Origin: Burkholderiales bacterium
GTDB taxonomy: Bacteria; Pseudomonadota; Gammaproteobacteria; Burkholderiales; Burkholderiaceae_D
DNA: 64,000 nt
Direction: 5' to 3'
Assembly (NCBI GenBank): GCA_038330335.1
Contig: JBBQNW010000001.1
Location: forward strand, 1,255-65,254
Numbering within the stretch: the stretch's first letter is position 1; the number at the start of each line of letters is the position of its first letter. Made by a program: the position numbers and the translations under genes. The notes beneath the pieces are model-generated. The model did not search any database. It was not told the origin of the DNA and saw only the letters and a list, made by a program, of their open reading frames with translations. Shown here piece by piece: positions 1 to 9,252 of this stretch.

Positions 1-106
1 TCAGTCTGGCCTGGCCGCTGGCGCGCCTGACTTCACATAGCCGTTAGGTCTGTCAATGGAAGTGGAAAATCATCGTGATATGAAAAGTGACAATGCATGC
101 CAGACT

Positions 107-1177
107 ATGAGTGATTACGCTCAGTTAGCGCAAGACATCAAACAATGGGGCAGGGAAGCGGGCTTTGCTGATCTGCGCATTACCGATGTCGATTTGCGCC
201 ACCTGGAACCTGGCTTTCAGGCCTGGCTGGCGGCCGGCTATCATGGCGAGATGGCGTATATGGCCGCGCATGGTAGCAAACGTTCGCGGCCAGACGAACT
301 GGTGCCCGGCACCCTGCGCGTTATTTCTGCCCGCATGGATTATTTGCCCGCCTCCAGTGGCGCCGACTGGCGTCAGCAGGAACAACATCGTACCGCCGAC
401 AGCGCCGTGATTTCTGTGTATGCCAGAGGGCGTGACTATCACAAAGTCTTACGCACCCGCCTGCAGCAACTGGCCGAACGTATTGCGCTGGCGATCGGCG
501 CATTTGGCTTTCGGGTATTCACTGATTCCGCCCCTGTCATGGAAGTGGCGCTGGCTGAAAAAGCCGGTTTGGGCTGGCGCGGCAAGCACACCTTATTACT
601 CAATCGTGATGCCGGTTCTATGTTTTTTTTAGGCGAAATTCTGGTCGATATTCCGTTGCCGCTGGATCTGCCTGTGACTAACCACTGTGGACAATGCAGC
701 CGGTGTATCGAGGTCTGTCCGACGCAGGCGATCATTGCCCCTTACCAGGTCGATGCGCGCCGCTGCATCTCGTACCTGACGATAGAATTGCACGGCAGTA
801 TTCCGCTGGAATTGCGACCACTGATTGGTAACCGTGTGTATGGGTGCGATGACTGCCAGTTGTTTTGCCCCTGGAATAAGTTTGCCCAGCCAGCCAGTGT
901 GAATGACTTTGAGGTGCGTAACGGCCTCGATCATGCCAGCATGATCAGCCTGTTTGCCTGGAGCGAAACCGAATTTTTACGCAATCTGGAAGGCAGCCCG
1001 ATACGCCGTATCGGCCACGAACGCTGGTTACGTAATCTGGCGGTCGGGCTGGGTAACGCAGCGCTCAGCATGGCGGGGGATGCCGCTGTCGTGGCGGCGC
1101 TTCAGACTCGCCTGACACATCCGTCCGAGCTGGTGCGCGAGCATGTGCAATGGGCGTTGGCGCAGCATATCACTTAG
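107..1177 (+). CDS. queG: tRNA epoxyqueuosine(34) reductase
   Basis: ARGRDYHKV, DSAPVME and Fe-S motifs CGQCSRCIEVCP and GCDDCQLFCPWN. The ORF opens at 56; ATG 107 is the likelier start. Confidence 0.95.
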   Translation: MSDYAQLAQDIKQWGREAGFADLRITDVDLRHLEPGFQAWLAAGYHGEMAYMAAHGSKRSRPDELVPGTLRVISARMDYLPASSGADWRQQEQHRTADSAVISVYARGRDYHKVLRTRLQQLAERIALAIGAFGFRVFTDSAPVMEVALAEKAGLGWRGKHTLLLNRDAGSMFFLGEILVDIPLPLDLPVTNHCGQCSRCIEVCPTQAIIAPYQVDARRCISYLTIELHGSIPLELRPLIGNRVYGCDDCQLFCPWNKFAQPASVNDFEVRNGLDHASMISLFAWSETEFLRNLEGSPIRRIGHERWLRNLAVGLGNAALSMAGDAAVVAALQTRLTHPSELVREHVQWALAQHIT

Positions 1178-1234
1178 CCAAGTTTAAGGAAAATTCGGCC
1201 AAATTACGCCAAACTGTTCAGCAGCGTGATAGCT

Positions 1235-2125
1235 CTACAGCGTGAAGGACAGCCAAAATGGCAAGGTCAGCGCGGACAGCAGTGTGCTGGCAGAAATCAA
1301 AAACGCCACCAGGGCGCTGTTGCCACCCATGCGTGCCGCCAGCACGTAGGCGCTGGACGCGGTAGGCAGGGCGCAAAAAATCACTACGATCTGTAGTTGC
1401 AAGGCAGGGAGTTGAAAGTAACGCCCTAGCGTCAGGGCTATCAAAGGCAGCAGCATGAGTTTGATGGTGAGAAAGTAGCTGGCGATGGCTTTGGCTTCGT
1501 GCAATGCTGATAAGCGGATTCCCGCACCCACCGCCAGCAAGCCCAAAGCAATCGAGGCGTTGCCAAGGCGCGCCAGGGTAGCGCTGATGGCGTCATGCAA
1601 AGGGATCTGCAGCAGGCTGAAGATGACGCCCGATGCGGTTCCTAACACCAAAGGATTACTGGCGATTTCCTTGAGTAGTTTTCCGTTGCGGTGTGCCAGA
1701 GCATAGATCGCCGCCATATTGCACAGCGGCACCAGAAAACCGATCAATAATGCCATTAAGGCGGTACCTTGTTCGCCTGCCAGACGCGATGCCAATGCCA
1801 GCGCGATATAGGAATTAAAGCGAAATGCGGTTTGTACCCCGGACTCAAAAATTCTTGGCCCTACGGTAAACAACGGTTTGGCCAGCCAGCCCAGCAGCAT
1901 GCCGCTGATCGTGGCGATGAGGGCAACCTGAAGAAAGCGTCCGGTCGTTTCAAAATGAAAAGTGGTACGCGATGTGGTGTAAAAAAGTAAGGCGGGAAAC
2001 ATCACGTAGTACACCATTTTTTCCACGCCAGCCCAAAAATGCCCACCCCAATTGGTTTTTCTGGCTAATAGAAAACCGAGCAAAATCAGTGTGAAATCGG
2101 GAATAAGGAGTGTGATGATGGACAT
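1235..2125 (-). CDS. AEC family (auxin efflux carrier-like) transporter
   Basis: About 10 hydrophobic segments; VEKMVYYVMFPALLF, RFNSYIALA and LPTASSAYVLA..MGG motifs. Confidence 0.88.
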   Translation of the reverse strand: MSIITLLIPDFTLILLGFLLARKTNWGGHFWAGVEKMVYYVMFPALLFYTTSRTTFHFETTGRFLQVALIATISGMLLGWLAKPLFTVGPRIFESGVQTAFRFNSYIALALASRLAGEQGTALMALLIGFLVPLCNMAAIYALAHRNGKLLKEIASNPLVLGTASGVIFSLLQIPLHDAISATLARLGNASIALGLLAVGAGIRLSALHEAKAIASYFLTIKLMLLPLIALTLGRYFQLPALQLQIVVIFCALPTASSAYVLAARMGGNSALVAFLISASTLLSALTLPFWLSFTL

Positions 2126-2230
2126 GGATAGAGAGGAGAGAATGGAAACCTGCACCCCGTTGATGAAAGCACATTTACTGATATGGGTGGAGTGAAAACG
2201 CCAGCGAAACCGCCAGCGGAAATATAATTA

Positions 2231-2334
2231 TTATTTCAATAAATTATTTCAATAAGTTACTTCAATAAGTTACTTCAATAAGTTATTTCAATAAGTTATT
2301 TCAATAAATTACTTCAATAAATTACTTCAATAAG
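2231..2334. repeat. 13-bp tandem repeat TTA(T/C)TTCAATAA(A/G) x8
   Basis: Units start at 2231, 2244, 2257, 2270, 2283, 2296, 2309 and 2322. The last unit is the LLK-stop end of the response regulator gene. Confidence 0.97.
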
Positions 2335-2912
2335 CCAGCCAGTTCGACGGCAGTTTTTACTTTCATCTTGTCGAAGATGTGCGCGCGGTGTACCTCTACC
2401 GTGCGCATGCTAATGCCTAGCTGGTCAGCGATGACCTTATTCATTTTCCCCAATAAAATCAACTCCAGCACTTCTTTTTCCCTTGCCGACAGCGTCGCCA
2501 GTCTTTCATGAATCGCTGCCAGGGCACCGGCCTGGCGTGATTGCGCCAGCGCTTCCTGCACGCGATCCATTAGTTTATTGTCGTTAAAGGGCTTTTCAAA
2601 AAAATCAAAAGCACCGCGTTTTAGGGTGTCTACCGCCATCGGTACATCACCATGGCCAGTTAAAAAAATCACCGGCAGGCGGCGCGTTAATTGTCTTGCC
2701 GTCAGCGTGTCAAACAAGATCGCGCCACTTAAACCAGGCATACGCACATCGAGCAACAGGCAATCGCCATCGGGGTCGTATTTAATCGTGCGTTCCAGGC
2801 TGGCGAGAAACTTTTCGCCGCTGTCGTAACAAGTGGTGGGAATATTGCGCGAGCGTGCCAGCCAGGACAAAGCGTCCCTGATGGCGTCTTCATCATCAAC
2901 TATGTGTAGCAT
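2322..2912 (-). CDS. dctR: FixJ/LuxR-type response regulator, DctR-like
   Basis: REC domain (IVDDE, LLDVRMP, FLTGHG, EKP) and LuxR HTH (LSAREKEV, TVEVHRAHI). AGGAG RBS precedes ATG 2912. Adjacent to dctS and dctPQM. Confidence 0.85.
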   Translation of the reverse strand: MLHIVDDEDAIRDALSWLARSRNIPTTCYDSGEKFLASLERTIKYDPDGDCLLLDVRMPGLSGAILFDTLTARQLTRRLPVIFLTGHGDVPMAVDTLKRGAFDFFEKPFNDNKLMDRVQEALAQSRQAGALAAIHERLATLSAREKEVLELILLGKMNKVIADQLGISMRTVEVHRAHIFDKMKVKTAVELAGLLK

Positions 2913-3074
2913 GCGTGTCTCCTGATTGGCTGCTCGCAAAGCGCGCCAATATTATTATCTCAATACAAGTAATTGCTATCGCGTGATTGAACAAGGCAAT
3001 CGCCTTATTCTGCTGTCCGACTGCGTCCTTCCCCTGCGCACGTTACTCATTTTGCCGCGTTCAAGACGCCGGCT

Positions 3075-5099
3075 TTATGTCGACATGCTGGTGATTGTAG
3101 TCGGACTAATGACCGGTAAAGAAAACTTAAATATCGTGCCACCGGTAGGATTGTTTTGATGATCCAGGGTGCCGCCGTGAAACTCTATCGCCGTGCGACA
3201 AATATTTAAGCCCATACCCATACCGCTCGATTTGGTAGAAAAGAAGGGTGAGAACAATTGTTTTGCAATGTCTTCGGTAATGCCGTGCCCGGTATCGATC
3301 ACCTGCACTAATACGCAAGCCGCGGTCCCCGGCTGTTGCCGATGGCTGGCCACCAGCCGCAGTATGCGACGCTCCGGTGCCGACGACAGCATGGCTTCAA
3401 TTGCATTACGGGTCAGGTTCAGTATCACTTGCTCTAGCAAGACTCGGTCGGCCAAGACGTCGGGCAGCCCTTCGGCGATCTGACATTGCACACTGACATG
3501 TGAACCTTGCGCCTGCAGTTCTACCAGCGGCAGGGCGCTGTGAATCAGGCTGGCGATACTCACCGCTTCTCTGGTCGTTGCGGTTTTTTTGACGAAATCA
3601 TGCACGCTACGGATGATGTGGCCGGCTCTTTGTGCCTGAGCATTGGCTTTTTCCAATGCGCTTTGCAATAGTTCACGGTCCACATTACCGGCCTGAATCA
3701 GGTTGATCGCGCCGGTGGTGTAACTAGAGATCGCCGCCAGCGGCTGATTTAACTCATGTGCCAGCATCGAGGCAATTTCGCCCATTGTGGCCAGGCGTGC
3801 GCTCAGGTGCAGTTTTTCCTGTTGCTGACGGGTCAGGTCTTGCGCATTTTTCAGCTCAGAGATATCGAGGATAGAACTCATCCAGCCAGTCTGTTTACCA
3901 TATTCATTGACCAGCGGCGACTCATAAATAAGCACAGGAAAGCGCTCGCCGTTGGCACGTTGATAGATGGTTTCAAAGCCTTTCGATGGCACCGAACCCG
4001 ACAGCATTTGGGTGAAACGTTCCTGGTATTCTTCAAAGGCTTCCGGTGCCCAGTAAGGCATGGGCGGTATGCGCCCGATCACTTGCTCGGCAGGATGGCC
4101 TATCATTTTACAAAACGCCGGGTTGACGTAGGTCAGGCGACCTTCCATGTCGCGCGCGCGCAGCCCGGTAATCAGCGAATTTTCCATGGCGGTACGAAAC
4201 GCTACCTGCTGGCGTAACGCCCCTTCTGCTGCCAGCCGGCGATTAATGTCGCGCCATAAGGCCAGCAGGCTCCAGATCAGTCCGAGCGACAATAACACCA
4301 CGGACAACACCAGCAAGTTGGCCAGTAATTTTGGCTCGCTCTTGTTGCTATTGGTACGCAAGATCAGCGCGATATCGTCAAACTCCAGGCTGCGGTTGTG
4401 GGTGTAAATGTTTTTTCCGGGGCCGGCCGCAGCCCGGTCTGCCAGTATTTTTTCATCCTGATCGAGAATCGAAATCTGATTGTCCTGGGCGAACCACCAG
4501 GGCGCCATTTCTTCTAAAATCCCCTGCAGCCGGTAGCTGACGACGATGCTGCCATAGCGCTGATTTTCTTTAATCAGGGGTATCTGGCAGCTCAGCAGGT
4601 AAGTATTTTTGGTTCTCGGCTCTAAGGACGGCGGCAGGCAATGGGTCTTGTTATCGGCCTCAAAATTTCCTGATTCAATCCGGTTCGATTCGGTATGGGA
4701 TGGCACGACGCTGTCTCTGGCGGACAGCGCCGATTCGGCGGTCGAGCTGATGACAAAATCGTGAGCGTCAAACCAGACGATGCGCTGGATCTCATGATTA
4801 CTTTTTAATAGCTGACGAAAACGCTCTCTGGCCAGCGTGGGCGACAAACGCGCATGCATGATGTCGTTGCCGATCTGTTTAATGATTTCTTCATTGCGGT
4901 CAAGCTGAAACTGTATCGCCTGCTCTACCCATAGCGTGTCGGCGATGAGTTGTTCCTGACGCTCGTTGGCTTCCATGCGTTGTGCCTGCCACGGCAGCCA
5001 GATCAACGTCGCCAAAAACATCAGTAATAGCAGGATGGGAATTAGCCAGCGCCATTTTTGACTCACCCATCGTTGGGATTTGGGGGAAATAGGGATCAT
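3075..5099 (-). CDS. dctS: PAS-domain sensor histidine kinase, DctS-like
   Basis: Two TM helices, PAS (YVNPAF..PMPYW), H-box LAHELNQPL, N/G boxes (NAIEA, DTGHG, GMGMGL). Divergent from dctP. Confidence 0.85.
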   Translation of the reverse strand: MIPISPKSQRWVSQKWRWLIPILLLLMFLATLIWLPWQAQRMEANERQEQLIADTLWVEQAIQFQLDRNEEIIKQIGNDIMHARLSPTLARERFRQLLKSNHEIQRIVWFDAHDFVISSTAESALSARDSVVPSHTESNRIESGNFEADNKTHCLPPSLEPRTKNTYLLSCQIPLIKENQRYGSIVVSYRLQGILEEMAPWWFAQDNQISILDQDEKILADRAAAGPGKNIYTHNRSLEFDDIALILRTNSNKSEPKLLANLLVLSVVLLSLGLIWSLLALWRDINRRLAAEGALRQQVAFRTAMENSLITGLRARDMEGRLTYVNPAFCKMIGHPAEQVIGRIPPMPYWAPEAFEEYQERFTQMLSGSVPSKGFETIYQRANGERFPVLIYESPLVNEYGKQTGWMSSILDISELKNAQDLTRQQQEKLHLSARLATMGEIASMLAHELNQPLAAISSYTTGAINLIQAGNVDRELLQSALEKANAQAQRAGHIIRSVHDFVKKTATTREAVSIASLIHSALPLVELQAQGSHVSVQCQIAEGLPDVLADRVLLEQVILNLTRNAIEAMLSSAPERRILRLVASHRQQPGTAACVLVQVIDTGHGITEDIAKQLFSPFFSTKSSGMGMGLNICRTAIEFHGGTLDHQNNPTGGTIFKFSLPVISPTTITSMST

Positions 5100-5147
5100 C
5101 GTCGTAGTTTACTGTAGCCCCCGTTAACGTGCAGATTTATTGCTAAT

Positions 5148-5161
5148 TGTGGATTTCCACA
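5148..5161. promoter_or_regulatory. Palindrome TGTGGA-TT-TCCACA, candidate DctR operator
   Basis: Perfect 6-bp arms directly upstream of a TTGCCA -35-like hexamer (5163-5168) ahead of dctP. Confidence 0.55.
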
Positions 5162-5222
5162 GTTGCCAAATTTAAGTTTGTTCAGAATACTCTGGCTACA
5201 TTCTTATAAATTGGAGACAAGC

Positions 5223-6227
5223 ATGAAACTCACATCCTTAGTATTCTCCCTGCTGGCGGCGTCTGTCGTCAGCGGCGCGGCATTCGCCCAGGCACCGATT
5301 GTGATTAAATTTAGCCATGTCGTGTCGACTGATACCCCAAAAGGCAAGGCTGCCGAACGCTTTAAAGAGCTGGCAGAAAAAGCCACCAAAGGCCGCGTCA
5401 AGGTGGAGTTGTATCCCAACAGCACGTTGTACAAAGATAAAGAAGAACTCGAAGCCTTGCAATTAGGAGCGGTGCAGATGCTGGCACCATCGCTGGCCAA
5501 ATTTGGTCCTTTAGGCGTCAAAGAATTTGAAGTCTTCGATTTACCTTATATTTTCCCATCAAAGGATGTGTTGTATCGCGTGACGGAAGGCCCGATCGGT
5601 AAAAATCTGATGAAAAAACTCGAGTCCAAGGGCATCATCGGTATGGGTTTTTGGGATAACGGCTTTAAAGTCATGTCGGCCAACAAACCGATTCACCTGC
5701 CGGCAGATTTGAAGGGGATGAAGCTGCGTATCCAATCATCAAAAGTGCTGGACGCACAGATGCGCGCTTTGGGTGCCAACCCCCAGGTCTTGGCATTTTC
5801 AGAGGTTTATCAAGCCTTACAGACCGGTGTCGTCGATGGTACTGAGAATCCGCCATCGAATCTGTACACGCAAAAAATGCATGAAGTGCAAAAACATGTG
5901 ACCGTCACTAACCATGGTTACCTGGGATACGCGGTGATTGTGAATAAAAAATTCTGGGATGGCTTACCGGCCGATATCCGTAATGAATTGGATGGCGCCA
6001 TGAAGGCGGCAACAAAGTATGCCAATGCGATTGCCCAGCAAGAGAACGACAATGCCTTGGAAGCCGTCAAAAAATCCGGTAAAACCACGGTGTATGTACT
6101 GAACGATAAAGAGCGCGCCGAGTGGCGCAAAGCCTTATTGCCAGTTCAGAAAGACATGGAAGGACGGATCGGCAAAGAGTTGATTTCTAACGTCAATAAA
6201 GAAGCGGCTGCACTCGGCTTTAAATAA
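5223..6227 (+). CDS. dctP: TRAP C4-dicarboxylate-binding periplasmic protein
   Basis: Signal peptide; IKFSHVV..TPKG, WDNGFK and EVYQALQTGVVDGTENP motifs; GGAG RBS before ATG 5223. Confidence 0.95.
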   Translation: MKLTSLVFSLLAASVVSGAAFAQAPIVIKFSHVVSTDTPKGKAAERFKELAEKATKGRVKVELYPNSTLYKDKEELEALQLGAVQMLAPSLAKFGPLGVKEFEVFDLPYIFPSKDVLYRVTEGPIGKNLMKKLESKGIIGMGFWDNGFKVMSANKPIHLPADLKGMKLRIQSSKVLDAQMRALGANPQVLAFSEVYQALQTGVVDGTENPPSNLYTQKMHEVQKHVTVTNHGYLGYAVIVNKKFWDGLPADIRNELDGAMKAATKYANAIAQQENDNALEAVKKSGKTTVYVLNDKERAEWRKALLPVQKDMEGRIGKELISNVNKEAAALGFK

Positions 6228-6314
6228 TAATATTCGCCGTTATGCTTGTGATGGGCGCTACGATAGCGCCCTTTTTCTTCCGCAGAAAACACGCGCTCTT
6301 TGGAGTCGCCAGCG

Positions 6315-6382
6315 AGAGCCATAGCCATAACAATAGCCATAACAAAGAGCTATAACAATAGCCATAACAAAGAGCCATAGCC
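6315..6382. repeat. Alternating 12/13-bp repeat AGC(C/T)ATAACAA(T/AG) x4 (25-bp higher-order unit x2)
   Basis: Units at 6323, 6335, 6348 and 6360, bracketed by AGAGCCATAGCC at 6315 and 6371. Ends just before the dctQ Shine-Dalgarno. Confidence 0.9.
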
Positions 6383-6394
6383 TCAGGGGGACAT

Positions 6395-6946
6395 ATGAAA
6401 TTTCTGGATCATTTAGAAGAGTGGCTGATCGCCAGTTTGATGGGAGCGGCCACCATTGTCATTTTTATTGCAGTATTGCACCGTTACCTGTCTGGACTTC
6501 CGATTCCGGGAGTACAAGACGCATTGATTCGCCTTAATACCAGCTGGGCGCAAGAATTGACCATCTATATGTTTGTCTGGATGGCGAAATTTGGTGCCGC
6601 TTATGGGGTGCGTACCGGTATTCACGTCGGCGTTGATGTCTTGATCAACAAAATGAAACCATCACGGCGCAGTCAGTTTGTGATTTTTGGTTTGCTGGCC
6701 GGCGCCTTGTTCACGGGTATCGTCGGTACGCTGGGGGCGAGTTTTGTGTGGGATATTGCACACACTGACCAAACCTCGGCCGATCTGGAAATCCCGATGT
6801 GGTGGGTCTATATGGCTATCCCGCTAGGCTCGTATTTAATGTGTTTCCGCTTCTTACAGGTCACTTGGGCCTTTATTCAAACCGGTGAATTGCCTAAACA
6901 CGATCATTCGCATGTCGAAGGTTTGGAAGATCAGGTGAAAGCATGA
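6395..6946 (+). CDS. dctQ: TRAP transporter small permease
   Basis: 4 TM helices; WAQEL..WMAKFGAAYGVR.G.HVGVD. Confidence 0.93.
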   Translation: MKFLDHLEEWLIASLMGAATIVIFIAVLHRYLSGLPIPGVQDALIRLNTSWAQELTIYMFVWMAKFGAAYGVRTGIHVGVDVLINKMKPSRRSQFVIFGLLAGALFTGIVGTLGASFVWDIAHTDQTSADLEIPMWWVYMAIPLGSYLMCFRFLQVTWAFIQTGELPKHDHSHVEGLEDQVKA

Positions 6947-8223
6947 ACGCCACCATTATTTTTGTCTTGTTGCTGGCGCTAATGCTCACCGGCATGCCGA
7001 TTTCCATTTCCCTCGGGCTTACGGTACTGGGGTTTCTATTCACCATGACCACGGTGCCGATCGAATCGGTGGCCTTGAAGTTGTTTACCGGGATCGAAAA
7101 GTTCGAGATCATGGCGATTCCGTTCTTTATTCTGGCGGGTAATTTCCTCACGCATGGCGGCGTGGCCAGACGCATGATTAATTTTGCCGCTTCCATGGTC
7201 GGCCACTGGCATGGCGGTCTGGCATTGGCAGGAGTGATGGCGTGTGCCTTGTTTGCCGCGGTATCGGGTTCGTCACCGGCGACGGTCGTGGCGATCGGGT
7301 CCATCATTATGCCAGCCATGGTCAAACAAGGTTATCCCAAAGGCTTTGGGGCCGGCGTTGTCACCACGTCGGGCGCGTTGGGGATTCTGATCCCACCCTC
7401 AATCGTGATGGTGATGTACTCGGTTTCGACCAATACCTCGGTCGGTCAGTTGTTCATGGCCGGGGTGATTCCTGGTTTATTGTTAGCATTTTTATTGGGT
7501 TTGACAACCTGGTTTCTGGCCCGCAAACATAACTATCCACGCTTGCCTAAGGCTAGCTGGGCCGAGCGCTGGGTGGCTTTTCGGAAAAGCGCCTGGGGCT
7601 TGTTGTTGATCGTCATTGTGATGGGCGGGATTTATTCCGGAATGTTTACCCCAACCGAAGCCGCTGCAGTGGCTGCTGTGTATGCCTTTGTGGTGGCCGT
7701 CTTTGTGTATAAGGACATGACGCTGAAAAAGGTGCCCAAAGTGCTGCTCGATTCAGCCGCCATGTCTGCCATGCTGCTTTACATTATTACCAATGCGATG
7801 CTGTTTTCCTTCCTGATGACCAGCGAAAATATTCCGCAGGCGATGGCAGGCTGGATCCTGGGTAAAGGCTTTGGTGTGATCAGTTTCCTTTTAGTAGTGA
7901 ATGTCTTGCTGTTGCTAGCCGGTAACGTCATGGAACCATCTTCTATTGTCCTCATCATGGCGCCTATCTTATTTCCGGTGGCGATGAAGCTAGGCATTGA
8001 TCCGGTTCATTTCGGCATCATCATGGTGGTTAATATGGAAGTCGGCATGTGTCACCCTCCGGTCGGGCTGAATTTATATGTGGCTTCCGGAATAACCAAA
8101 ATGGGCATTTCCGAGTTGACGATTGCGGTCATGCCGTGGTTGCTCACTATGCTGGGTTTCCTGATGCTGATCACTTATATACCTTTGATCTCAACATGGC
8201 TGCCACAACTCATCTATAAGTAA
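6943..8223 (+). CDS. dctM: TRAP transporter large permease
   Basis: AIPFFILAG, SGSSPAT, LIPPSI, FTPTEAA and HPPVGLNL motifs. Confidence 0.95.
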   Translation: MNATIIFVLLLALMLTGMPISISLGLTVLGFLFTMTTVPIESVALKLFTGIEKFEIMAIPFFILAGNFLTHGGVARRMINFAASMVGHWHGGLALAGVMACALFAAVSGSSPATVVAIGSIIMPAMVKQGYPKGFGAGVVTTSGALGILIPPSIVMVMYSVSTNTSVGQLFMAGVIPGLLLAFLLGLTTWFLARKHNYPRLPKASWAERWVAFRKSAWGLLLIVIVMGGIYSGMFTPTEAAAVAAVYAFVVAVFVYKDMTLKKVPKVLLDSAAMSAMLLYIITNAMLFSFLMTSENIPQAMAGWILGKGFGVISFLLVVNVLLLLAGNVMEPSSIVLIMAPILFPVAMKLGIDPVHFGIIMVVNMEVGMCHPPVGLNLYVASGITKMGISELTIAVMPWLLTMLGFLMLITYIPLISTWLPQLIYK

Positions 8224-8224
8224 G

Positions 8225-8284
8225 TAAGCAACAAATAAGCAACAAATAAGCAACAAACAAGCAACAAATAAGCAACAAACAAGC
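8225..8284. repeat. 11-bp tandem repeat (T/C)AAGCAACAAA x5.5
   Basis: Units at 8225, 8236, 8247, 8258, 8269 and a partial at 8280, starting right after the dctM stop. Confidence 0.95.
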
Positions 8285-8450
8285 GGCGAATAATCTACTG
8301 AGGTTTCCCTGTTTGCAGTCTGAGGGCGAGGAAATTTTGGTTTTTACGATAGATAAGTTGGACTTTAAAATAGATTGTCCAGCATAATTTATCAGCGGAT
8401 AAAAATTTTTACATATTTGCAACATTTAAAATTTTTCTCGCATGTTGGCT

Positions 8451-8479
8451 TTGAATCTGCGTAATTAGCATGCTATATT
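8451..8479 (+). promoter_or_regulatory. Sigma70 promoter of the sRNA candidate
   Basis: TTGAAT (8451-8456), 17-bp spacer, TATATT (8474-8479) with extended -10 TG at 8471. Confidence 0.6.
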
Positions 8480-8485
8480 CTTGCC

Positions 8486-8690
8486 AGATCGAAATTTGCA
8501 GGGCAGCATCAAGTAATCAGTCGTGCAGTATATTTTTAAGGCGGTAGTGCAATAATAAACGGTACGAATACCGAACACACTGAGGAGACACGCGTTTTAT
8601 TACAAGCTGAGACTTAGGTCAACTAGGTCTAAACGGCCAGAAACGCGAAAGATGTTTTGAGGGCGCATCCGAGGATGCGCCTTTTTTCTT
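8486..8690 (+). ncRNA. Putative structured small RNA (~200 nt)
   Basis: Promoter upstream, no plausible ORF, nested stems CGCGTTTT/GAAACGCG and AGACTTAG/CTAGGTCT, ends in an intrinsic terminator. Confidence 0.6.
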
Positions 8691-8692
8691 TT
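8660..8692 (+). terminator. Rho-independent terminator
   Basis: GGCGCATC-CGAG-GATGCGCC followed by TTTTTTCTTTT. Confidence 0.85.
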
Positions 8693-8730
8693 GCGCGCAC
8701 AATAGCGCACTATCAGTAGCTGGAGTCGCT

Positions 8731-9252
8731 ATGTTGCCTCAAGAAAGCGAGTTGTTTTCTGTCATTGTCAGCGCGCCATTTGGTTTTGTCGGTGTACGAA
8801 CTGAACATGATTTCATTAGTGAACTGGTTTATCTTCCTGAGCGCTTTTCTGAGAAAGCCCCGCTCAATCGCGCTGCGGAAATAGCAGCGATGCAAATCGA
8901 ACAATATTTCGCCCAGCCAGATTTCTGTTTTGACTTGCCCATGAAAAAAGTCGGCAGTGTTTTTCAGCAAAAAGTATGGAGCGCGATTTCTTTGATTCCA
9001 CGCGGCGAAGTGCGTACTTACGGACAGATTGCCAAATATATCCAGTCGGCGCCAAGAGCGGTCGGGCAGGCATGCGGTGCTAACTGGTATCCCTTAGTCA
9101 TCCCATGTCACCGGGTGACCGCTGCCGGCGGTCTGGGTGGCTTTGCCCATCATGATGATGAAACCGGTTTTCATGTCGGCATTAAACGCTGGCTACTGAC
9201 ACATGAAAACGTTGCCGGTTACACGCAAGAGTCTTTGTGGAATCCCAAGTGA
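8731..9252 (+). CDS. ogt: Methylated-DNA--protein-cysteine methyltransferase
   Basis: FQQKVW..IPRGEVRTYG, PRAVG and active-site IPCHRV. Confidence 0.92.
   Translation: MLPQESELFSVIVSAPFGFVGVRTEHDFISELVYLPERFSEKAPLNRAAEIAAMQIEQYFAQPDFCFDLPMKKVGSVFQQKVWSAISLIPRGEVRTYGQIAKYIQSAPRAVGQACGANWYPLVIPCHRVTAAGGLGGFAHHDDETGFHVGIKRWLLTHENVAGYTQESLWNPK

Noticed and set aside
1174-1214. Weak GCCAA periodicity after the queG stop
   Set aside because: Too degenerate to distinguish from chance.
2231-2334. 13-bp array as CRISPR or replication iterons
   Set aside because: No spacers and no rep gene; the unit is the gene's own 3' end.
8210-8425. 71-aa ORF with repeated LLICC motif
   Set aside because: An artefact of translating the 11-bp tandem repeat.
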